Both the position numbers and the translations under genes were made by a program. Of a stretch of DNA of 50,692 bases, positions 8,642 through 16,301 are shown piece after piece (the first letter of the stretch is position 1; each line of letters starts with the position of its first letter). Below the pieces are notes generated by a model, which had not been told where the DNA came from, searched no databases, and was given only the letters and a program-made list of their open reading frames with translations. Source of the DNA: Prevotellaceae bacterium (GTDB taxonomy: Bacteria > Bacteroidota > Bacteroidia > Bacteroidales > UBA932); the NCBI GenBank assembly GCA_031265155.1, contig JAISDB010000152.1, forward strand, positions 1 to 50,692, written 5' to 3'.

Positions 8642-9063
8642 ATGAAAAGAAAAATTAAAATAACGGTAGGTTTATTATTTCTGTTTATGTCGTACAATGC
8701 AGGAGCACAACAAACAATAATGCAAAAATTAATAAATAAAATATGGGTTTTGTCATGGGACAACGAAAATGACAATTATGCCTACAAACAGCAATATACA
8801 TCAACACAAATAACAAAATCTGTTATAACTAACTTTGGAACAACATCAGTAGTTGCGGACTTTTATCTTTCCAATCAAGTAGAAACGACTTTTAATTACA
8901 GCAAGGTTGGTAATGCGACAGATGGGAAATATATAATATCCTTTCTACCTGAAATGGATGGAGAGTCTTATTTTATGTGTATGAAATAATAGAAATAACA
9001 GATACTTATTTGGAAACAAAAAGTCTTAAATCAGGTGCAACATTTAAATTTAAAATACAGTAG
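8642..9063 (+). pseudogene. lipocalin-like secreted protein, frameshifted paralog of 9147..9575
   Basis: It has a signal peptide and MQKLINKIWVL. The frame ends at 8989. The remaining homologous 26 codons (EIIEITDTYLETKSLKSGATFKFKIQ) continue in another frame from 8983 to 9063. Compared with the paralog it has a 1-nt deletion near 8981-8983. Confidence 0.6.
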
Positions 9064-9081
9064 ATTCAGTGATATTAATGT

Positions 9082-9120
9082 TTTTCGGGCAGAGCTTTAG
9101 GACTTTGCCCGAAAATTTTT
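9082..9120 (+). terminator. intrinsic terminator after the first lipocalin-like paralog
   Basis: The stem TTTTCGGGCAGA / TTTGCCCGAAAA is followed by TTTTT. It was duplicated along with the gene. Confidence 0.6.
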
Positions 9121-9146
9121 AACTTTGTATCTGTTAAAACGTTATT

Positions 9147-9575
9147 ATGAAAAGAAAAATAAAAATATTAGCAAGTTTATTATTTTTGTTTGGTTCGTTA
9201 TGTTTAACGGCACAAACTAATAATCCGACAACAATGCAAAAATTAATAAATAAGACATGGACTTTAGTGAGTAACAACGCAAATGAGTGTCTGTATAAAC
9301 ATCAATATACAGCAACGCAACTCATTGAATCTGTTGTATGTCAGGAAAAAACGACATCGGGAAACGCTGACTTTTATCTTTCCAATCAAATAGAAGCAAC
9401 TTTTGATTACAGCAAGGTTGGAAATATACAAAATGGCAAATATATAATAGAATACATACCTGATTTAAATGGAGAATCAATTTTTCACGTTGATGAAATT
9501 ATAACAATAACAGATACTTATTTAGAAACAAAAAGTCTTAAATCAGGTTCAACATTTAAATTTAACAGACAGTAG
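9147..9575 (+). CDS. lipocalin-like secreted protein
   Basis: 142 aa. It has a signal peptide (MKRKIKILASLLFLFGSLCLTAQ) and the MQKLINKTWTL start typical of small lipocalin-like domains. It is an intact paralog of the upstream gene. Confidence 0.65.
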   Translation: MKRKIKILASLLFLFGSLCLTAQTNNPTTMQKLINKTWTLVSNNANECLYKHQYTATQLIESVVCQEKTTSGNADFYLSNQIEATFDYSKVGNIQNGKYIIEYIPDLNGESIFHVDEIITITDTYLETKSLKSGSTFKFNRQ

Positions 9576-9597
9576 ATTCATGTGATATTACCGTTTT

Positions 9598-9631
9598 TCG
9601 GGCAGAGTTTTCGTGCTTTGCCCGATTTTTT
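9598..9631 (+). terminator. intrinsic terminator after the second lipocalin-like paralog
   Basis: The stem TCGGGCAGA / TTTGCCCGA is followed by TTTTTT. Confidence 0.6.
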
Positions 9632-9633
9632 CA

Positions 9634-9641
9634 TAATTTTG
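9634..9641 (+). promoter_or_regulatory. -7 promoter box TAATTTTG upstream of the O-antigen-ligase-like gene
   Basis: It matches TAnnTTTG, lies 18 nt before the ATG at 9659, and sits directly after a terminator. Confidence 0.4.
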
Positions 9642-9658
9642 CAAGCAAAAATACCTGA

Positions 9659-11374
9659 ATGAAAAGAACAGTCTCAATATTGCTTTCTCTGCTTGTAATT
9701 TTGTTGCCATTTGGCACCTTTACTTTTGATGGAATTTTTAGAAAGCAAGAAGTTATTTTGTGTTCGTGCTGCTTGCTTTCGGCAATTTTGCTTGCATATC
9801 TCATATTTTTAACCGTAAACGGAAAACGCATACCGGTTTCAATTTCAATTTTGGATATAAGCGTTACGCTGTTTTTTGTTTATTCGCTAATGCATTTGTT
9901 GCTTGCAAAGCAGTTACAAGTGAGCGAAATCATTGTTTATAAATGGCTTGCCGTATTGTGCATTTATACGCTTTGCAGGATTGTTTTGCACAAAAACATG
10001 TTAATGTATGCAATCGTAATTTCCGGTTTTATTCAATCGGTAATCGCAATTTTGCAAAAACTGTATATAATTGGCAATTATAACATTTTCTTTGATGTTA
10101 CAGGCGCATTTAACAATCCCGGCAGGCTTGGCGGTTATGTTGCGGTTGCTTTTGTTGCTTCAATTTGTCTTTTGAATATTGCAATTAAGAATAAATCGTA
10201 TCCGAAATTTTTATTTTTGCCTGTTGCATCCGTGCTTCTTTTTATTGCATTGATTTTAGCAGATTCGCGAGCTGCATTTGTCGGCGTGCTGTGTGGAATT
10301 TCGGTTTATCTTTATCCGAAAATTCATTCCTTATACAGACGGCATAAATTTATATTTACCGTAATGCTTTTTACATCGGTAATTTTTATCGGACTGTTTT
10401 TGTTCAATTACCGTCAGGGTTCGGCAAACAGCCGGCTGCTTATATGGCGCGTTTCGGCAGACATGGTTTGCGACAAACCTTTATCGGGACACGGCATAAC
10501 TTCTTTCGACCGAAAATATATGCATTATCAGGCGGCGTATTTCGACAAAAATCCCGACTCAGGGTTTATTCCTGTTGCCGACAACGTCGCATATGCATAC
10601 AACGAATTTATACACGTAACCGTAGAAACGGGAATTGCAGGTTTGCTGATTCTGTTATTTGTTTTTTATTCCGCGTTTCTGAGTAAAAAACAATATCCGC
10701 AAAAGGCTGTACTTGCTGCTTTGCTTGCATTCTCAATGTTTTCGTATCCAGCCGAAGTTTTTCCGCTGCTGATTTTGTTTCCTGTTATTATCGGATGCAT
10801 TGAAACAAAGCCATTTGTAAAAATATGTCTGCAGCGCGGTATTTTTATCATTGCCGGCATTGCGCTGCTGTTGATGATTTATACCAATATCCGGTCGGAA
10901 TTATATTTTAGAAAAGCATCGGTAGAATTTGTGCAAATTCGGGAAAACAATCGGCTGACAAAAGAATATATTGGTAAACATTACTGGCGATTGAAGTATG
11001 ATCACGAATTTTGCCATTTTTATACGGCATGGCTGAATGAAAATTATTCGGAAAACGAAATTTTTAATGTTTTGGATTTATTGCCGACATCCGACAGTTA
11101 TTGTATTTTCGGCGAGAAGTATGTTAAAAACGGAATGTATAGCAAAGCCGAAGAATGTTTTAAAATCGCATCATTAATGGTTCCGAACAGAATATTGCCC
11201 AATTACAGCCTTTTTAAATTATACCAAAAACTCGGAAATAAAGAAAAAGCGGTCATGATGGCAAATAAAATCTTAAACCAATATGTAAAAATTATCAATA
11301 CACAAACCATTCGCATGCAGTTTGAAGCTGGAAATTGCTTGCAGTCCGACAGCCTGTCGAATCTTACGAATTGA
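9659..11374 (+). CDS. O-antigen ligase (Wzy_C) family membrane protein with C-terminal TPR region
   Basis: 571 aa with about 10 TM helices. It has LADSRAAFVG and AYNEFIHV motifs of the Wzy_C/WaaL-like loop. The soluble tail has TPR-like KAEECFKIASLMVPN repeats. Confidence 0.8.
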   Translation: MKRTVSILLSLLVILLPFGTFTFDGIFRKQEVILCSCCLLSAILLAYLIFLTVNGKRIPVSISILDISVTLFFVYSLMHLLLAKQLQVSEIIVYKWLAVLCIYTLCRIVLHKNMLMYAIVISGFIQSVIAILQKLYIIGNYNIFFDVTGAFNNPGRLGGYVAVAFVASICLLNIAIKNKSYPKFLFLPVASVLLFIALILADSRAAFVGVLCGISVYLYPKIHSLYRRHKFIFTVMLFTSVIFIGLFLFNYRQGSANSRLLIWRVSADMVCDKPLSGHGITSFDRKYMHYQAAYFDKNPDSGFIPVADNVAYAYNEFIHVTVETGIAGLLILLFVFYSAFLSKKQYPQKAVLAALLAFSMFSYPAEVFPLLILFPVIIGCIETKPFVKICLQRGIFIIAGIALLLMIYTNIRSELYFRKASVEFVQIRENNRLTKEYIGKHYWRLKYDHEFCHFYTAWLNENYSENEIFNVLDLLPTSDSYCIFGEKYVKNGMYSKAEECFKIASLMVPNRILPNYSLFKLYQKLGNKEKAVMMANKILNQYVKIINTQTIRMQFEAGNCLQSDSLSNLTN

Positions 11375-11403
11375 AATGCAGATTTTTTCCGCTTTTTCAA
11401 TTT

Positions 11404-12489
11404 CTAAAATTTCGTCATTTCGTAAGTTGTGCTTCGTCCGCCTTGCGGCATTTGACGTAAAATTCCTTTTTTGATTAAATCCTTAATGTCGCGTAAAGCC
11501 GTGTCAGGCGAACACTTTGCCATTTGCGCCCATGTTGACGATTTCAATTCGCAGTCCGGTACTCTCAATATTCTATTTATTACTAATCGCTGCCGATTAT
11601 TCAACGGCGTTTTATTGTGGATTTTCCAAAATTTCGATCTCCTCAAAACGTTCAGCAGTATCGTGTCTGTTGCCTTCAAAGCCTTTTTCATGCTGCCGAA
11701 AAACCAAAGCAGCCAGCCGGTAATATCAAAATTTTCGTTTTGCGTTTTTTCCAGAATCGCATGATATTGCTTTTGATCCGATTCTATTTGAGCAAGCATG
11801 CTGTAAAACCGGCATGAAGTGTTGTCGGATCTTGCAAGAAGCATATTTGTAATAATTCCTGCCATTCGCGCATTTCCATCGCCGAAAGGTCGAATGGTAA
11901 CAAACCACAAATGCGCTATTGCCGCCTTGACAACGGAATCAAGCCTGTTTTCGGTATTAAGCCAAATGATAAAATTTAATATTTCATTATTTGCCAAAGT
12001 TCTGAAACCTGTTTTTTCCCTGCCTGCAATCTTATATACGGCTTTTTTTATCCGCATAAATTTTGACAGACGATTTACTTCATTATTTTTCCCATTTTTT
12101 GTTTTTGGAATCATAATTTCGTGCCAAAACAGCATGCGTTCTTCGGTCAGCGGCATATTGCAATTTTGCACGGCATCTATCATTGCTACTGTTATTCCGT
12201 CTGTTTCACCGTTTGTTTCCGTATATGTTTTTTTACGTAAACCAAGTTTGCATGCAATGGATATTTTCACCTGTTCGCTGTCCGGCGATACGTTTTCCGT
12301 TTCCGCACACTTTATTATATCCAGAGCCAATGTTTCGAGCATGGCTTCGTTTTGCAAATCAGGAGCAAGAGATTGCATCCTGCCGATAGTCAATCCCTGC
12401 AAAAACCTGACATCAGCAAGCGGATTTAACAGCATTTCGGTATTCCAGATTATTACAGGACAGTTTTTATTTTTATATACAAAATACAT
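11404..12489 (-). CDS. Fic/DOC family protein with degenerate active-site motif and C-terminal winged HTH
   Basis: 361 aa. The Fic core reads RPFGDGNARMAG (aa 200-211, nt 11857-11892) instead of HPFxDGNGRxxR. The C-terminus CSPDTALRDIKDLIKKGIL is wHTH-like. Confidence 0.8.
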   Translation of the reverse strand: MYFVYKNKNCPVIIWNTEMLLNPLADVRFLQGLTIGRMQSLAPDLQNEAMLETLALDIIKCAETENVSPDSEQVKISIACKLGLRKKTYTETNGETDGITVAMIDAVQNCNMPLTEERMLFWHEIMIPKTKNGKNNEVNRLSKFMRIKKAVYKIAGREKTGFRTLANNEILNFIIWLNTENRLDSVVKAAIAHLWFVTIRPFGDGNARMAGIITNMLLARSDNTSCRFYSMLAQIESDQKQYHAILEKTQNENFDITGWLLWFFGSMKKALKATDTILLNVLRRSKFWKIHNKTPLNNRQRLVINRILRVPDCELKSSTWAQMAKCSPDTALRDIKDLIKKGILRQMPQGGRSTTYEMTKF

Positions 12490-12547
12490 TTTCAGTAAAT
12501 TTGCGGTAAAAGTAATAATTGTTCTTAATACCGCAAAATATTCGCCG

Positions 12548-12555
12548 CAAAAATA
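12548..12555 (-). promoter_or_regulatory. -7 promoter box TATTTTTG upstream of the Fic gene
   Basis: The reverse complement of caaaaata matches TAnnTTTG. A 9-bp inverted repeat (12500-12508 / 12529-12537) lies between the box and the start codon. Confidence 0.3.
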
Positions 12556-12602
12556 ATGGGAATATTTTTGTTGATACGTTTGATTTCACATGATTAAACA
12601 TG

Positions 12603-15600
12603 TTACAGTGTTTCTGATATCTTCCGCAATAATTCCAAAGATTCTTCCATGGTTGTTATGTTTTGAGCCGTCAAGGAAAGTTTTTTATTATGTTCTTTCA
12701 TTTTGAATTTTTCGGGATGCAGCTGCACATATTGAAGAATGTCGGCAAATTTCTGCGTTTTATAGTATGCGCTCATCTGATTTGAAATAAAATATGCAAT
12801 CATCATTTTATTCCTTATGATTATTCGTTCAAAACCGAGTTTTACTGCCACGCTCCTTAAACGGACTATGTTAAAAAGATTTTCGGTTGGCAAAGGAATT
12901 TCGCCAAAGCGGTCTGTCATTTTTTTACGAAATTCCATCAGGTCGCTTTCATTGTCGATGTTATCCAAATCCCTGTACAGTTTGATTTTTTCAGATGTAT
13001 TGCTTACATATTCATCGGGAAGAATTGCATCAATGTCGGTATCAATGTAGCAATCCGAAATAAATGGAATGTCGGCGCTTACTGTTTGCTGCGGTTCGTT
13101 TGCGTTCAGCAGTTCCTTATCGAATTTCAATTCTGCAAGAGCCTCATTCAAAATACGCTGATATGTTTCAAAGCCAATGTCGGCAATAAATCCGCTCTGT
13201 TCGCCGCCAAGCAGGTTTCCCGCTCCGCGAATATCCAAATCCTGCATCGAAATGTTAAATCCCGAACCCAAATCCGAAAATTCTTCAATAGCTTTCAGTC
13301 TCCGTCGAGCATCGGTTGTAAGCGATACCGGCGGAGGAGCAAGCAAATAGCAAAACGCCTTTCTGTTGGAACGTCCTACCCGTCCGCGCAACTGATGCAA
13401 GTCGCTCAAGCCGAAATTTTGAGCCTGATCAATGATAATGGTATTAGCGTTTGGAATATCAAGCCCCGATTCTATTATTGTCGTTGTAACCAAAATATCG
13501 TATTTTCCATCTATAAAATCCAGCATTATTTCTTCGAGTTTCTTTGCTTCCAGCTGTCCGTGTCCTGTTGCTATCCGGGCTTTGGGACAAAGCTTTGCAA
13601 TCATTTCGCATATTCGGCTTATGTCGTCTATTCGATTATGAACAAAAAAAACCTGTCCGCTACGTTCGAGTTCGTAATTTATTGCATCTTTTATTGTTTC
13701 GCTGTTGAAAGAATGAACTTCGGTAACAATTGGATGACGGTTTGGCGGCGGCGTGTTGATAATCGACAGGTCGCGCGCTCCCATTAACGAAAACTGCAAA
13801 GTGCGCGGAATGGGAGTTGCCGTCATTGCCAGGGTATCTACATTCATTTTCAGCTGCCTGAGCTTTTCCTTTGCGCCGACGCCGAATTTTTGTTCTTCAT
13901 CAACAATAAGCAAGCCCAAGTCTTTGAATTTAACATTTTTGCCAAGCAGCTTATGCGTTCCTATGATGATGTCGGTAGAGCCGTTTTCAATATTTTTCAA
14001 TGTTTCCGCTTGCTGTTTTGATGTTTTTAATCGATTGAGAAAATCAATCCTTACAGGAAAATTTTGCAGCCGTTCGCCGAATGTTTTATGATGCTGAAGA
14101 GCCAGTATTGTTGTCGGCACAAGAACAGCAGTTTGCTTTCCATCAACTGCGGCTTTGAATGCGGCGCGAATAGCTATTTCCGTTTTTCCGAAACCCACAT
14201 CGCCGCAAATCAGCCTGTCCATCGGGCTTTGAGATTCCATGTCTTCCTTTACGGCTTTTGATGCTTTCAACTGGTCGGGCGTATCTTCGTAAACGAAAGA
14301 TGCTTCGAGTTCGTGCTGCATGTATGTATCGCAGCTGAAAGCAAAGCCTGTTGCCGCCTTACGTTCGGCATACAGCAGGATAAGCTCTCCGGCTATATCC
14401 TTAATTTTCTTTTTTGTATTTTGCTTCAATCTTTGCCAGTCGCCGTTTCCAAGTTTGTATATTTTTGGCGGCTCGCTGTCTTTGCTTTTGAATTTTGAAA
14501 TTCGATGCAATCCGTGAATATTTACAAAAAGCACATCGTTGTCGCGATAAACGAGTTTAACGGCTTCCTGCGTCTGTCCGTTTATTTCCTGCTTCACAAG
14601 TCCGCCGAAAATTCCCACTCCGTGATCAATATGAACAATATAATCGCCGATTTGCAGCTTGTTTAATTCCTGTATGTTCAGGATCTCGCCTCTGTCGAGC
14701 AATCCGTGAATTTTAAAACGGTGATAACGCTGAAATATCTGATGATCCGTATAATATGAAACTTTGGAAATATGATCGATAAAACCTTCGTGAATTGAAA
14801 TATTTACGCTTTCAAACGAAAGGCTTTTTGCAGTTTCGTTCGATTCCAGTATTTGATGAAGCCTTTCGTTTTGAACGGCATTGTCGAAAAGTATAACCGT
14901 TGTATAACTGTTTTCCTGATTTTCTTTGATGTTTTTGAAAAGCAAATCAAAGTTCTTGTTGAAATTCGGCTGCGGAGATGTTTTAAATTCAATGTGAGTA
15001 AGCTTGTCTAATTTTTTTGCCGGTGCAAATAAAAACATTCTGAACTTTTCAGCCTGTTTTGATAAGGCATCTTCGGATATGAAATTTCGATTTTCCGGTT
15101 TCCCTGTTTCAGCCGTTTTTTCGATGCAAAAGTCGTAATCATCAAACCATAAGCAGGCGGAATCGTCGAGAAAGTCAAATATCGAGCAATCTTTCACATT
15201 TTTATTCAAGTCGGATACAATCTCAATTTCATTTACAGTTTCGACCGAAAGCTGGGTATCAAGATCGAATATGCGAACAGATTCTATTTCATCTCCAAAA
15301 AAGTCGATACGGTAAGGCTTGTTTGCCGAATAGGAAAAAACATCAATAATGCTGCCGCGAACAGAATACTGTCCGGGTTCAAAAACAAAATCGGTTCGCT
15401 CAAACCTGTACAGCATAAGCATTTCGACAATAAAATCAAAGCCCGGCTTATCGTTTGTTTTAAGTTGCAGAGTATTTTTGTCGAATTCGTTCGGCGAAAC
15501 GACTTTTTCGGTCAAGCCTTCCGGATACGTTATCAGGCAAATATTTTTCTGCCTGCCATCTTTGAGCAGGTTCAAACATTTTGTCCGCTGCACGATATTT

Positions 15601-15896
15601 GATATTTCAACCGTTTCGTCACGCGCGCTGCGTTTGAACGATGATGGTAAAAATAAAATATTTTCGTCGCATGCAAGATTGTACAGATCGCTGTAAAAAT
15701 ACGATGCCGTTTCCTTATCGGACAATATAAAAATATTCGTATTAATGTGATTTTTGAAAAAACATGCCGACAGTACAGATTTTGCAGAACCGGCAAGCCC
15801 TTTTAACACAACAGGATTTTGCCTGCCGTATTGAATTTCGGAAAGCAGCGATTTGTATCCATCCTGATTTGCAAAGTTATCTGTTAACTTTTCCAC
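12603..15896 (-). CDS. mfd: transcription-repair coupling factor
   Basis: 1097 aa. It has the superfamily-2 helicase motifs GDVGFGKTE, DEEQKFG, TATPIPRT and QLRGRVGRS, plus the C-terminal TRCF region. Confidence 0.95.
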   Translation of the reverse strand: MEKLTDNFANQDGYKSLLSEIQYGRQNPVVLKGLAGSAKSVLSACFFKNHINTNIFILSDKETASYFYSDLYNLACDENILFLPSSFKRSARDETVEISNIVQRTKCLNLLKDGRQKNICLITYPEGLTEKVVSPNEFDKNTLQLKTNDKPGFDFIVEMLMLYRFERTDFVFEPGQYSVRGSIIDVFSYSANKPYRIDFFGDEIESVRIFDLDTQLSVETVNEIEIVSDLNKNVKDCSIFDFLDDSACLWFDDYDFCIEKTAETGKPENRNFISEDALSKQAEKFRMFLFAPAKKLDKLTHIEFKTSPQPNFNKNFDLLFKNIKENQENSYTTVILFDNAVQNERLHQILESNETAKSLSFESVNISIHEGFIDHISKVSYYTDHQIFQRYHRFKIHGLLDRGEILNIQELNKLQIGDYIVHIDHGVGIFGGLVKQEINGQTQEAVKLVYRDNDVLFVNIHGLHRISKFKSKDSEPPKIYKLGNGDWQRLKQNTKKKIKDIAGELILLYAERKAATGFAFSCDTYMQHELEASFVYEDTPDQLKASKAVKEDMESQSPMDRLICGDVGFGKTEIAIRAAFKAAVDGKQTAVLVPTTILALQHHKTFGERLQNFPVRIDFLNRLKTSKQQAETLKNIENGSTDIIIGTHKLLGKNVKFKDLGLLIVDEEQKFGVGAKEKLRQLKMNVDTLAMTATPIPRTLQFSLMGARDLSIINTPPPNRHPIVTEVHSFNSETIKDAINYELERSGQVFFVHNRIDDISRICEMIAKLCPKARIATGHGQLEAKKLEEIMLDFIDGKYDILVTTTIIESGLDIPNANTIIIDQAQNFGLSDLHQLRGRVGRSNRKAFCYLLAPPPVSLTTDARRRLKAIEEFSDLGSGFNISMQDLDIRGAGNLLGGEQSGFIADIGFETYQRILNEALAELKFDKELLNANEPQQTVSADIPFISDCYIDTDIDAILPDEYVSNTSEKIKLYRDLDNIDNESDLMEFRKKMTDRFGEIPLPTENLFNIVRLRSVAVKLGFERIIIRNKMMIAYFISNQMSAYYKTQKFADILQYVQLHPEKFKMKEHNKKLSLTAQNITTMEESLELLRKISETL

Positions 15897-15914
15897 AATT
15901 TATAATTTGAACGG

Positions 15915-15922
15915 CAAAGATA
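15915..15922 (-). promoter_or_regulatory. -7 promoter box TATCTTTG upstream of mfd
   Basis: The reverse complement of caaagata matches TAnnTTTG. It lies 19 nt before the mfd start. Confidence 0.35.
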
Positions 15923-16116
15923 TAAAAATATCAGATATGAGAAGCGTAAGCGAAACTCGCGAACGGCAATTCCGAATTTATGACTGTGATTTATGCTAAC
16001 ACCGCCTGCTCGATATTTCTGTTTTTAACTTAATGTGTAATATTCTCCGATTACTGCCGTAGCGCCTGATTATTAACCGATATTATGTTAAAATTTTAAC
16101 ACTTCTCGAAAATATT

Positions 16117-16278
16117 TTTGTCTTATAATTTACATTATATTTTTATTTTAACGTACGAAAGTAATTATATTTTAGAATATTACAAAATTCAATAAAATTC
16201 CATAAATTTTTAAAAATTCATTTATATGTTTGATTTACTGGCGCTTATATTGTCTTATAATGTAAATTATAAGACAAA
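16117..16278. promoter_or_regulatory. 23-bp perfect inverted repeats (16117-16139 / 16256-16278) bracketing the susC promoter box; candidate invertible promoter or operator
   Basis: The left arm is tttgtcttataatttacattata and the right arm is its exact reverse complement. The 116-bp enclosed segment holds TATGTTTG at 16225-16232. Confidence 0.35.
16225..16232 (+). promoter_or_regulatory. -7 promoter box TATGTTTG upstream of susC
   Basis: This is the only TAnnTTTG match I found in the 405-bp mfd-susC spacer. It lies 70 nt before the ATG and inside the IR-flanked segment. Confidence 0.4.
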
Positions 16279-16301
16279 GTGTAATGTAAAATAAAATTAA
16301 C

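Noticed and set aside
11404-12489. Fic as the toxin of a toxin-antitoxin pair
   Set aside because: There is no small partner ORF upstream or downstream. The neighbours are a convergent membrane protein gene and mfd. The active-site motif is degenerate.
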